IMG/VR virus record: IMGVR_UViG_3300009068_003844
DNA from: an uncultured virus (IMG/VR IMGVR_UViG_3300009068_003844)
Taxonomy: Duplodnaviria; Heunggongvirae; Uroviricota; Caudoviricetes
DNA length: 60,684 nucleotides
Strand: one strand, 5' to 3'
The notes beneath the pieces were generated by a model. That model was not told where the DNA came from and ran no database searches. It saw only the letters and a list, made by a program, of their open reading frames with translations. Below, piece after piece: positions 43,129 to 52,707 of the stretch. A program made the position numbers and the translations under genes. How positions within the stretch are numbered: position 1 is the stretch's first letter; each line of letters opens with the position of its first letter.

Positions 43129-44433
43129 ATGAGAAATAAAAAAATAAACAAAAAAAGATTAGCATATGGTAATGTGGGGGAAAGAAGATTTCATGAATTC
43201 TTGAAACGAATATGCAAGGAAATGAATCTCAATGTTGTGAGGCATCCACATGGAGTAAATAAAGTGGATTTCATTGTAAGCGATCCAGAATCCGAGAAGG
43301 ATATTCTTATAGAAGTTGAAAGAAGAAAAATAGAAAAGTGGAAAAATAAATTCCCTTATGAGACTGTTGATTTTTATGGAAGAAGAACCATAAGGAAAAA
43401 CTGCTTGGAGATTGTGTTAAATGACCCATGCAATAGATCTTTGATATATTCGCATGACGTGATTGAAAACTATGAAATTGAAAAAAGAAATGGCCCTGGC
43501 GAGCCTTATTATGCTCGCCAGGTAAACACCAAACATTCTAAAGAATTTTCTTTATTGAAAGATGTTGACAAGATTAAAGACATTATTTATAATGCAATGA
43601 ACGGTAGATTAAACAATTTAAATCTAAACAATAAAGGAAAGGTTAATATGTCGAAAGAAACAGAGGAACTTTCTGCTGATCAATGGATTCTAAAGAATAA
43701 GAAAAGTGTTGCAGAGTATATACTTTACTTTGTGAATTTGGATAAGATTAAGTACATTAAGCGCACAAAAAACAAACGTGAAAATAAAAAGAAGGATTCT
43801 AATGGCCAACAAGAAGACCAGCACGACAAGGAAATGGCCGAAAAATCTTTGAGTGATGACGCTCTGATCAAATCTATCAGAGACAAGACTTTTAATTTAT
43901 ACTTGTCCATTCATGGGAATACTTGTGAAAATAAAGAAGGAGATGATAGATTTAGTTTAGTCAAAGACTATATCTATAGCGATGAAGGTGCAGGGCATAT
44001 ATCTGACGGTATTTTGCGAGAGTATGACAAAGTATTTTTTTTGAACAGACAAAAATATGGGATAGTATCCAAGCGAATGGATAGCTCAGATTCATCGATC
44101 AAGTATATTGAACTTCAATCACCAACGGTTCGTGATTGGGTAAAAAAATCAATGGAATCTGAGGATGTATTGAAGTCTATGGTTACGTTCATTGAGAATA
44201 AGTTTGATCCCAATAAAAAGTCAACAAAAAAGACTCCTTCCGGGAGCAGAAGTGATATTCAGGATTCGATTGCTAAAAATTTGAGTAATGAACCAAAGAC
44301 TTTAAGTAATCTTTCTGAGAATGTTGTTTTCGGTGACACTGTTTTTAACTTGATGGAACAACTCGTAGCTCTTCGAAAAAATAATGTGGCTGCTTTCGAT
44401 AAAGCAGCCCGATTGATGAAAGATTTGACTTAA
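43129..44433 (+). CDS. protein with N-terminal PD-(D/E)xK nuclease-like domain
   Basis: 'GERRF..VDFIV..IEVERRK' pattern; C-terminal part unrecognised. Confidence 0.55.
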   Translation: MRNKKINKKRLAYGNVGERRFHEFLKRICKEMNLNVVRHPHGVNKVDFIVSDPESEKDILIEVERRKIEKWKNKFPYETVDFYGRRTIRKNCLEIVLNDPCNRSLIYSHDVIENYEIEKRNGPGEPYYARQVNTKHSKEFSLLKDVDKIKDIIYNAMNGRLNNLNLNNKGKVNMSKETEELSADQWILKNKKSVAEYILYFVNLDKIKYIKRTKNKRENKKKDSNGQQEDQHDKEMAEKSLSDDALIKSIRDKTFNLYLSIHGNTCENKEGDDRFSLVKDYIYSDEGAGHISDGILREYDKVFFLNRQKYGIVSKRMDSSDSSIKYIELQSPTVRDWVKKSMESEDVLKSMVTFIENKFDPNKKSTKKTPSGSRSDIQDSIAKNLSNEPKTLSNLSENVVFGDTVFNLMEQLVALRKNNVAAFDKAARLMKDLT

Positions 44434-44492
44434 AACCTTCCCTTTTAATTTCCGTTCGAGAGGCAAAAGTTTTCGGTTTTTTTGAATGATTG

Positions 44493-44563
44493 GCCCGCAT
44501 AGTATAAAAGCATTACAGTTGACTTGTAATCATCAAATTCTGGTGCGATTCCAGATGTGGGCT
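44493..44563 (+). tRNA. tRNA-Thr(UGU)
   Basis: Acceptor GCCCGCA/TGTGGGC, loop CTTGTAA, T arm TCTGG-TGCGATT-CCAGA. Confidence 0.85.
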
Positions 44564-44575
44564 TAGATTTAATGG

Positions 44576-44849
44576 TCCGAGGTAGTTAAATTGGTATAAC
44601 AGCAGACTTCAAACTGGAGTGCTTAAAGAGAAATCTTTAATGTAGAATCGCTTAAATTCGGTGAAAGCTTTAAAATGCTAATACCGAGCCAAGCCTAGAA
44701 TTTATTTTTAGGAAGGTGTAGAGACTTAACAGGCGACACCTAAAGCCAAGCTATGGTGAAGATAAAGTCCAGACTACAAACAGTAATGGTAGTGAAAACT
44801 ATAGTGGTAAGTGGATCTGCTTTTCTACGTTCGAGTCGTAGCCCCGGAA
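44576..44849 (+). tRNA. tRNA-Gln(UUG) split by a group I intron (exons 44576-44609 and 44812-44849)
   Basis: Acceptor TCCGAGG/CCCCGGA, D stem GTTA/TAAC, anticodon stem GCAGA/TCTGC, spliced loop CTT|TGGA, T arm CTACG-TTCGAGT-CGTAG. Confidence 0.85.
44610..44811 (+). mobile_element. group I intron (trnL/IC3-like core), 202 nt, no internal endonuclease ORF
   Basis: P AAATTCGGTGAAA, Q AATACCGAGC, R GTGTAGAGACT, S AAGATAAAGTCC; P1 ACUU|CA-AAC-UG-GAGU with U.G at the splice site; terminal G. Confidence 0.88.
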
Positions 44850-45508
44850 TTATAATATTTAATCCACTTGTGAACAGCTGTGTCGCTTACACCATGCATC
44901 TTTCCGACCTGAGTTATGGGATATTTTTTAATTAATTCATCTAATTTTTCTTTTGTTGGTCTTTCTACTTTTCTCAACCACAACTTAGGCCCACCTCTAC
45001 CTTTTTTAATTTTTACAGGTTTGTTCTTCTTTCTTCCAGAAAAAGTATCTGTTTGGCTATGACAATTAGGACATAAAAATGTAAGATTTTCTAGACGATT
45101 GTCATTATTTATTCCGTTTTTATGTTCAAGTTGCAGAATAATTTTCTTATTATTCCATGTATCGACTAATCCGCACTCAGAGCATTCATGTTTGATTAAA
45201 TTATTTCTGATGATTCTTTTTTTAATATGATTTCTTTGAGTTGTGGAGTTTTCACAAAAGAACTCATCATCAGATTTTTTATAATTAAATCTTTTTCCTT
45301 TATTAGATCCTTTGCCTAATGTAATGTGAGACATATCAATATTTTCATATTTTATTCTACGTTTAACTGTATCGCTGTTGCCTCCCTTGTTTGTTAATCC
45401 AAAATACTTTAAAATTTGACCTATAGTTGAAGAATTTTTAACTAAATCTTGAAATTCTTCTGACGGGATAGACCATACAATACTTCTTTTTTTTCTTTTC
45501 TTTTGCAT
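44825..45508 (-). CDS. free-standing HNH endonuclease with C-terminal HTH
   Basis: 'CSECG..LQLEHKNGINNDNRLENLTFLCPNCHSQT'; HTH 'VGKMHGVSDTAVHKW'; overlaps tRNA-Gln exon 2 in antisense. Confidence 0.9.
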   Translation of the reverse strand: MQKKRKKRSIVWSIPSEEFQDLVKNSSTIGQILKYFGLTNKGGNSDTVKRRIKYENIDMSHITLGKGSNKGKRFNYKKSDDEFFCENSTTQRNHIKKRIIRNNLIKHECSECGLVDTWNNKKIILQLEHKNGINNDNRLENLTFLCPNCHSQTDTFSGRKKNKPVKIKKGRGGPKLWLRKVERPTKEKLDELIKKYPITQVGKMHGVSDTAVHKWIKYYNSGATTRT

Positions 45509-45907
45509 TAATGAATCCTAAATGGTAGAATAACTTATACGATTATATATTGTTCTACCATTTAAAAATCCCACTCTTTTTTTATCTTTAATCTTTGCTA
45601 TAATATGTTCTCGGAGGCTGATGCTAGTTGAGTAATCTGTATTGAGAAATTAAAATCTTCATTTTTAATTTCCGTTCGAGAGAATAACGTTTTCGCCATG
45701 GAGGGCGATGAGGGCAATTTATGCTTAACCTAGAAAAAATCAGTGACTTTCATTACAAAAGCCTTTATGGATACTTTTTATTTAGAAAGAATGAATCTGA
45801 GTGGGTGTTTCTTCCTTTTGAAAAAGAATTTAATACCGAAGAGTTAATGGAGGTATTTGGTATATTAAAGAGTCTTGATAATCAAAAATTTTCAAATAGT
45901 TGATTCT

Positions 45908-46474
45908 TTATTTCCGTTCGAAAGAAAGACCTTTTCGGCGTATTCTTTCTTCCATGATCTCTGGGTGATTGTTGATTAACCAACTATTAAATGATTCCAC
46001 TGCTCTTCCAAAGTCTGGACTTGATTTTACTCCTGATGGCAATTGTGGTAGTTGTCTTTTTGTTGGATCAAACTTATTAGTGGGAGCTTTAGTTGCTTTT
46101 TGGACACTTTTATTTATTTGAGAAGGATTGGCAACTACCTTGCCCCCTATTATTTGAGCTTTTCCCCTTGAAACAACCACATCTTTTCCATTTACTTTTT
46201 GCGTACTTGTTTTCATGGGAACTTTTTTAGCCATATCCAACATTTCTGCTTTTTCATCTTCAATATCTTGTTCTTCATCTGTAAGTTTGGAAGCTACGGG
46301 TTTTTTAACGGGAGGAGCTGCACTTGCTTTATTTGATATTCCCAAACCCATTCCGGCAATACTTCCTGCCACCAATGCATTTCTTAATAGTTTATTCTTT
46401 CCTAATGAGTCTAAGATTCCTTCATCCATTATCTCTGGGTGATTATCGATTAAGTAATCTTTAAATGTTTTCAT
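45908..46474 (-). CDS. protein with capsid-targeting-like N-terminus, repeated near the C-terminus
   Basis: MKTFKDYLIDNHPEIMDE and ESFNSWLINNHPEIMEE. Confidence 0.7.
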   Translation of the reverse strand: MKTFKDYLIDNHPEIMDEGILDSLGKNKLLRNALVAGSIAGMGLGISNKASAAPPVKKPVASKLTDEEQDIEDEKAEMLDMAKKVPMKTSTQKVNGKDVVVSRGKAQIIGGKVVANPSQINKSVQKATKAPTNKFDPTKRQLPQLPSGVKSSPDFGRAVESFNSWLINNHPEIMEERIRRKGLSFERK

Positions 46475-46477
46475 GTT

Positions 46478-46771
46478 TTATATTTCTATTTGATATTCTG
46501 GGTCTTTGACCATGCTGTTGTATTTATTAACAAAGAGCTTCAAGTCTTCTTCTGCGTCGTGTTCACCATTGGTATGACTATTAAATATTTTTCTCCACTT
46601 TGGAACTAATTGCTTCACATCTTTTTTTAGATCTTCTAATCCTTGTGGGTCATTTTCTTTGCACCATTCAATTTGCTCCAATACATACATGGCTTCCCCG
46701 TATGCTTCATCTTCGGCCCAACCATCATTATTATTTTCTTTAATTTCTAGCCATTCATTAAATGTTTTCAT
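46478..46771 (-). CDS. small protein with capsid-targeting-like N-terminus
   Basis: MKTFNEWLEIKE; TATATAA upstream. Confidence 0.7.
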   Translation of the reverse strand: MKTFNEWLEIKENNNDGWAEDEAYGEAMYVLEQIEWCKENDPQGLEDLKKDVKQLVPKWRKIFNSHTNGEHDAEEDLKLFVNKYNSMVKDPEYQIEI

Positions 46772-47120
46772 GTTTTTATATATGAATCAAATAGTTAGAT
46801 TTTAATTTCCATTCGAAAGACAAAAGTTTTCGGTTTTTGTTTTTCTTGACTTTTTCTCTATTTTTTATTATTATGGTTTCTTAACCTGAGGTATTTTATG
46901 GAAATCAAAACAAGTAAAGAAATAGTTTTATCAGCAGAAGATGTTGAAAACTTAATTATTAAAGGTTTATATCACTCTCAAGGTCTTAGCGGAATATTTA
47001 ATATAAAGTTTAAAGTCGCCCGGGAGTTCTCGGAGAAAGAGGGGGATTATAATTTTGTTTTCGATGGAGCCGAGGTAAAAATTAGTGAAAATATACAAAG
47101 CTAGTAATATATAAATTACT

Positions 47121-47486
47121 ATGAAAACATTTAATGAATGGCTCTCCGGTAAGTTAGAAGAAAATCAAAGTGCTGATGGGTTTAGTTTTAAAAATCATCC
47201 CATAGCAACTCAGCAAATTGCTTCGACAGTTGTTAGTCTAGTTCCAATTGATTTTGAACATAGTCCGAGCTACGGAGAGAGAAGTTCTGATTTTGGGTTA
47301 TTAATCAAAAATCAGCATGGTGAGGCTAAAGCTTATCTGAGTCCAAACAAAAGCGTGGCTATGAATTACTACAATGAATTCATATCAGTCTTTAATCATT
47401 TAGTCACTCAAAGTAGTGAGAATGAGGTCGTTGTTATGCAACCTCATACACTAGATAAATTACTTGCCCACATTGGCGTTAGATAG
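47121..47486 (+). CDS. small protein with capsid-targeting-like N-terminus
   Basis: MKTFNEWLSGKLEE; TATATAAA upstream. Confidence 0.7.
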   Translation: MKTFNEWLSGKLEENQSADGFSFKNHPIATQQIASTVVSLVPIDFEHSPSYGERSSDFGLLIKNQHGEAKAYLSPNKSVAMNYYNEFISVFNHLVTQSSENEVVVMQPHTLDKLLAHIGVR

Positions 47487-48064
47487 TTCACCAGTGATGA
47501 ATAACGTTTGCTATAACAAAAGCACAGGTTATAAAATTCACAAGGACTATAAAGAACTTAATAAAGAAGCTGATTAGTGCTTCTTGCATTGTGAGTATGG
47601 GAATATCTGGGGTATCTGAATCTGTTTTTCCCACTCTATGATCTATTGTTCTTGCCAATACAAGAAAGAATCTGTGTATGGTATTTGATTTACTCATGTT
47701 TTTATTATATAATATTTAACTATGAAAAACAATAAAAAAAATCTAAATCTATATTTGTATGTTTTTAGTTTTGGTATGGCACTATGGGCATATTATAATT
47801 TATACTTATTAGATGGATTTTGGATGGCAGCAAGTGTTTTTATTGCAATATGGGCAAATAACATTCAATGGAATTTAAGAGAAAAATTATAAAATAATTA
47901 ATATCTAATAGCGAAGGAGATTCGCTATGGACATAATACAAATTTGCGCAACAGTACTGATAGTTTCTTTTACAACAGTCTTCAGTGTGGGTTGCTTTTG
48001 CCTCACCTGTGGTATGATGATGGTTTTGTTGGGAAAAGACAAAGATAACTAGTGGCCAACTATC

Positions 48065-48484
48065 GTGTACCCTTTCTCCTCTACAGGTATTGTTGAATAC
48101 TTTGAGGATTATTGCGTACTAAATATAGACCAGGGAATTAGCGACTATTATAGAAGCCTGATACCTAAAAGCTTTTATGTTAAGCCTCAGATGAAAAAAG
48201 CGCACATCACAATAGTGCGAAAAGGAAAAGAAAAAGTAGAATCTTATGAATCTTGGGGGAAATACTCTGGAGAGATTCTAACTTTTAATTATAGTCCAAT
48301 TATTCAAAGTGATAATACTTATTTTTGGCTGGACTCAGTTTGTAGTGAGATAGGAAGCATAAGAAAAGAACTTGGTTTAAACGAATATCGTGATGATACT
48401 TACTTTGGCGGAGTAAAAAGAAATTGTTATCACATAACAATAGGAAATATCAAAGATAAACTTATTAAAGGTCATCATCGGTAA
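48065..48484 (+). CDS. 2H phosphoesterase superfamily protein
   Basis: Two HxT motifs (AHITIV, YHITIG) about 75 aa apart. Confidence 0.7.
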   Translation: MYPFSSTGIVEYFEDYCVLNIDQGISDYYRSLIPKSFYVKPQMKKAHITIVRKGKEKVESYESWGKYSGEILTFNYSPIIQSDNTYFWLDSVCSEIGSIRKELGLNEYRDDTYFGGVKRNCYHITIGNIKDKLIKGHHR

Positions 48485-48716
48485 AAATAATATTTGTCTC
48501 ATATTTATTGTAATAATTATTTTTTGGAATATCTCTTCGAATAATCTTTGTTTCCTTGGGCGTGAAAACAGAATCAAGAATCAAAGATAGAACGCCCAAA
48601 ACAAATAATGATAGAATTATAACTAAAACAATCATTATAATTTTCTCTTTTCTGGTTCTTTGACTCTGGGTCCGTTTGTCAAGGGATATGATTTTACTTT
48701 ATTCATAGTTAACCTT

Positions 48717-49142
48717 TCAGTTTGAGCCTAATATAAAAACTACCATACCAATTACAACTAGTAAAGTTCCAATAGTTGAAATTAAAGATAATTGAAATTG
48801 TCCTGTTGCTAAAAACGCAAATAAAATACAAAATAAAGGATAAGAGATTTCAATTATACTTGCGTGTGTAGCGCTTTTACTTTGTATTGCGTTTATGCAA
48901 AGATAGTTACCTGCTATAGCACTGACAAAGGCCAATATCATCCAAGATATCGACCTGGGAGTAAAGTCGCAATCTATTTTAGTTTTACTGGTCAATAACC
49001 AGATCATCCAAAAAATACAATTAGCGGTGCCGCTTAAAGCTAAATACATTTTTCGGTCTATGCTTTTAAGCACCACTTCGGTGGAACTGTAGGATAGAGC
49101 CCAACAAACGGCGGTAAGTAATGCTGTGATATACCAGGGCAT
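48717..49142 (-). CDS. EamA/DMT family membrane protein
   Basis: About five TM helices; 'ASIIEISYPLF', 'GTLLVVIG'. Confidence 0.75.
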   Translation of the reverse strand: MPWYITALLTAVCWALSYSSTEVVLKSIDRKMYLALSGTANCIFWMIWLLTSKTKIDCDFTPRSISWMILAFVSAIAGNYLCINAIQSKSATHASIIEISYPLFCILFAFLATGQFQLSLISTIGTLLVVIGMVVFILGSN

Positions 49143-49212
49143 AATATTATATTAGTAAAAAGAGACCTAGTGTAGTATATATTTTTATACTAAAATAATT
49201 TAGGAGAAATTA

Positions 49213-52200
49213 ATGCAAACATACACCAGCAATCTTACCTCAATTCCATCTTGGCTCGCAGAATATGGTAATCAAACCGGGAAAACCATAGGTCTCAATT
49301 TTGGTTTCAATTCCGATGGCATGTTTTTTACTGGAAATGCTGGGGATGAGATCCCAGCTTATAGCGTAAGAACCAATTTCAACATATCTGGGCATCAGGC
49401 TTGCGAGGTGATATTTACCGCTGATCACACTAATTTTTGCTCAGATCAAGGCATATGTTTTTACAATGATGGGCAATCTCCCAACTGGCATTGGGATCCA
49501 GATCCTTCAAGAATAGCGTTTCAAATAAATTGTCCAGTTCCACATATTTACGGCACAAACAAGTTTGTAAACAATTCTGGCGAGTATTATGGGGGTTGGA
49601 ATCCGGACAGCGGAAACGGCTCCGATGTTCTAGAAAGTGGCATCTACACATTCAAGGTCACCTACAACCCGGCCGCCAGAACCGTCACTGCCGTCACTTA
49701 CGAAGGCGAAGACACCTCCGGAACCGTGGTTGACACCATAGTGTTGCATGAAAAATTGATGGATGGAGGCCCATACCGAATTGGATTTGATGCCGATAGT
49801 GACGGCAGCGAAGAGCCAGGAGACCCTGGCAATTCCCCTGCGTATTTCAAGAACCTCACGATAAATGTCTATGAAACAAATGGGATATCGGACGACACAG
49901 AGTTGAACAATCAACTCAATAATCTCAAGACAGAATACGCCCAAGTCACAGATCTTGTGGAAGACCTATACCGTTTCTCAGACGATGCCGACGTGGACAT
50001 TAACATGGGAGAAGGCTCGCCAACAGGAGATGGAATAGACTACAATTTTAGTGAATTGGGATTTGGTAGTGAAATATGCATCCAAGACGATGGCAAAATT
50101 GTAGTCGCTGGATATTCTGGAACTAATGATTATTCAAAAAATATCAGAAGAATAGATGTTTCCGGCAAAGAAGATGAATCGTTCACACCGCCAGTTTTCA
50201 ATGGCCCATTAAGTAGCGTTGTTCAGATGAGTGACGGAAGGTTGGTTGTGGGCGGTTTTTTTACTAGTTTTGAAAGATTTGATGGACTATCCAACGGCAC
50301 ATCAATATCACAACCAAGCTGGGATCCCGACATCATATTAGACAATACAGTCATGATTGGGGGAATGGTTTGCTTAAATCCGGACGGATCAATAAGCAAG
50401 AGATATGGCGGAGATATTGGCTTTGAAGACAGGGCTATAAGTGGCATTCCTGTATCTATTTACACCATAAAGTTACTGGACGATGACAGCGTTCTGGTCG
50501 GGGGGCATTTTACTCATTATGACGATGTGGAATCCCCTTATTTGGCAAAAATAGATAGCGATGGAGTTATAGATGGAGTTTTTGCTGCCAATATTTTAGG
50601 CTTGGGCATAAGTTTGAGTGATTCTGTGTCTGCAATTGCTGTTGGTGATAGTGGGAAAATACTAATTGGGGGCGGATTTGATAAAAGCATCATCAGGCTT
50701 AATGGCGATGGATCACTGGACAGTTCGTTTGATTCCGGGGACGGCTTCACCGGCCAGATGGTGAATGGGGTTTTTGCAATACTTCCATTATCAAGCGGAA
50801 AGATATTGGTTGGACATTCTGGCACAGATTATGACGGGTCTAGTTGTAACCGTGGGTTGGTAAGATTGAACAGTGACGGATCTTTGGACAACACATACGC
50901 CCCAGACCTTTACGAGTCTGAGGGCTTTGGATTTGTAGTTGCCATTGCCCAACAAGAAAATGGAAAGTTGCTTGTAGGCGGGGCCTTTGACATTTTAGAG
51001 GGAGGCAGTCTAAACAAAATAGTCCGATTGAACACTGATGGTTCTTTGGACGAAAGCTTCAGCAACGGTTTTGGATTCACTCCTGCCGTTCGTAATTGGC
51101 CACCACAAACAAATGACATTAAATTAGGCCAAGTGGGCAGCATATATGTCGCAGGAAATTTCACCGATTACAACCATGCTGCAAGATTCCAGTATGCTAA
51201 GTTGGATACAAACGGGGCTTTGCAGGAATGGAGCGTCCCACTTGCATTCAAACAAATGGGTATAAATGACGGCACGAACGATATGTATGACGGAGCAAAT
51301 TTTTTAAATACAAATCTCACCCAACCTTATCTTGATATAAAGTGCTATGCCAACGATAATCCTGAGGATATCGAGATCAGTGGTGGCTTAGGAGGATGTA
51401 TTTGTCCGCCTTCGCACATCTGTGGCGAGGACTGTTGTGGACCTAGATTTAGCAAGAGTGTCCCCTCCACTCATACTCAAGCATGGGATGAAGACCCAGA
51501 AGAAGACTTCTATGATCCAGCATTAGATCAATATCGATATCTTCCTGTCTGTGATAGCCATGTTATGGTTGGAGATGGATATTTCGGAGACGGAAGCAGC
51601 TATTTCACAGCCATGTTTCCCGGAATGTTCGTCCTTGTGGCAAACAACATCAATATCACACAGTTCTCAATAGTTGGAAACATAGGGACAGACGGTGATG
51701 GTGTTGATGCAGTTGACATCTATCCGATCAATGTTGGTGGATTGACTTACACTGCGTATTTTAAGACTAATTATGGCGAAGATGATCCCTCCATAAACCA
51801 CATCATAATCGTTGATGGCAATGGAGATGGAATCGATCAGTTTTACGATCCAACTTCTAGGGGTGACGAGCATTGTATCACCGGGCTTGAGGGCAAGACA
51901 AAGCTCTTCTTTCTTTGTTTGAGTAAAGCAGATGCAGTAGCAATGACACCCTCAGAGGCAAAAGACGTTGCAACTAAATTTTTGGATGTTATAGGCTTAA
52001 CCTCTGTTTGCGATCCAATAACGACCACATATGAACTAGATTTGAGTCCGGACCATCCAGAATTATTATCTAATTATAATTACGATGGAGAAGGCAATAT
52101 GGACACTGCCATAATAATCGATCCGGTTAATGGGAAACGTAGATCTATACAGAGAACCTCTTACTTGGAACTCACTGATAATTGCGGAAACAAAAAGGTA

Positions 52201-52707
52201 GTTTCTGCTGATGATGGAAGCTCTCTTAGTGTTAGTTCCAATTTCTTTAATAATCCAAAACCAGTTAGCCAATCTATCAACTATACACAAAGTAGTTTGT
52301 ATAATCCTTTGATGGTTGTTGCAACAAAGGAAACCATGATAAATGGTTCGGCCGCCGAGAGTCTTGCAACAGGCACGGTTTGTGGTGGCTTCGAGTATAT
52401 CCAAATAGATCTCAATGGAGTCTATAGTGTAAGGGGAGTAGTTATTGGATGTGATTGGTTCGGACCTAATCATAGCGATCACTTTGACACAAGTGTTCCC
52501 GGATTAATTGGCGACTGGGGTAAAGAATACACCGAGAATAAGAATGTGGAATACTCCACAGATGGTATTAATTATACATTCTTATTCAATACTGGGACTT
52601 TTGAACAACCTATTCAAACATATAATGTCAATGTTAAGGCAAGATATATAAGAATAGTTGACACAACTGGGAACTGTCTTAGTGTGACCGAGTTCTATGC
52701 GATTTGA
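49213..52707 (+). CDS. large delta-60 repeat (beta-propeller) protein with C-terminal discoidin/F5-8C-like domain; probable virion surface protein
   Basis: Repeated QxDGK(I/L)(L/V)VGG..RLNxDGSLDxSF units; C-terminal 'IQIDL..VEYSTDG..KARYIRI'. Confidence 0.8.
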   Translation: MQTYTSNLTSIPSWLAEYGNQTGKTIGLNFGFNSDGMFFTGNAGDEIPAYSVRTNFNISGHQACEVIFTADHTNFCSDQGICFYNDGQSPNWHWDPDPSRIAFQINCPVPHIYGTNKFVNNSGEYYGGWNPDSGNGSDVLESGIYTFKVTYNPAARTVTAVTYEGEDTSGTVVDTIVLHEKLMDGGPYRIGFDADSDGSEEPGDPGNSPAYFKNLTINVYETNGISDDTELNNQLNNLKTEYAQVTDLVEDLYRFSDDADVDINMGEGSPTGDGIDYNFSELGFGSEICIQDDGKIVVAGYSGTNDYSKNIRRIDVSGKEDESFTPPVFNGPLSSVVQMSDGRLVVGGFFTSFERFDGLSNGTSISQPSWDPDIILDNTVMIGGMVCLNPDGSISKRYGGDIGFEDRAISGIPVSIYTIKLLDDDSVLVGGHFTHYDDVESPYLAKIDSDGVIDGVFAANILGLGISLSDSVSAIAVGDSGKILIGGGFDKSIIRLNGDGSLDSSFDSGDGFTGQMVNGVFAILPLSSGKILVGHSGTDYDGSSCNRGLVRLNSDGSLDNTYAPDLYESEGFGFVVAIAQQENGKLLVGGAFDILEGGSLNKIVRLNTDGSLDESFSNGFGFTPAVRNWPPQTNDIKLGQVGSIYVAGNFTDYNHAARFQYAKLDTNGALQEWSVPLAFKQMGINDGTNDMYDGANFLNTNLTQPYLDIKCYANDNPEDIEISGGLGGCICPPSHICGEDCCGPRFSKSVPSTHTQAWDEDPEEDFYDPALDQYRYLPVCDSHVMVGDGYFGDGSSYFTAMFPGMFVLVANNINITQFSIVGNIGTDGDGVDAVDIYPINVGGLTYTAYFKTNYGEDDPSINHIIIVDGNGDGIDQFYDPTSRGDEHCITGLEGKTKLFFLCLSKADAVAMTPSEAKDVATKFLDVIGLTSVCDPITTTYELDLSPDHPELLSNYNYDGEGNMDTAIIIDPVNGKRRSIQRTSYLELTDNCGNKKVVSADDGSSLSVSSNFFNNPKPVSQSINYTQSSLYNPLMVVATKETMINGSAAESLATGTVCGGFEYIQIDLNGVYSVRGVVIGCDWFGPNHSDHFDTSVPGLIGDWGKEYTENKNVEYSTDGINYTFLFNTGTFEQPIQTYNVNVKARYIRIVDTTGNCLSVTEFYAI

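Larger units (their letters stand above)
44443..46833. repeat. four copies of a ~34-bp dispersed repeat TTTA(A)TTTCCRTTCG-N11-TTTTCG
   Basis: Copies at 44443-44476, 45663-45696, 45907-45938, 46800-46833. Confidence 0.85.

Noticed and set aside
44753..44935. ORF starting inside the intron as an intron-encoded endonuclease
   Set aside because: Only 60 aa, crosses the intron core and tRNA exon, and has no nuclease motif
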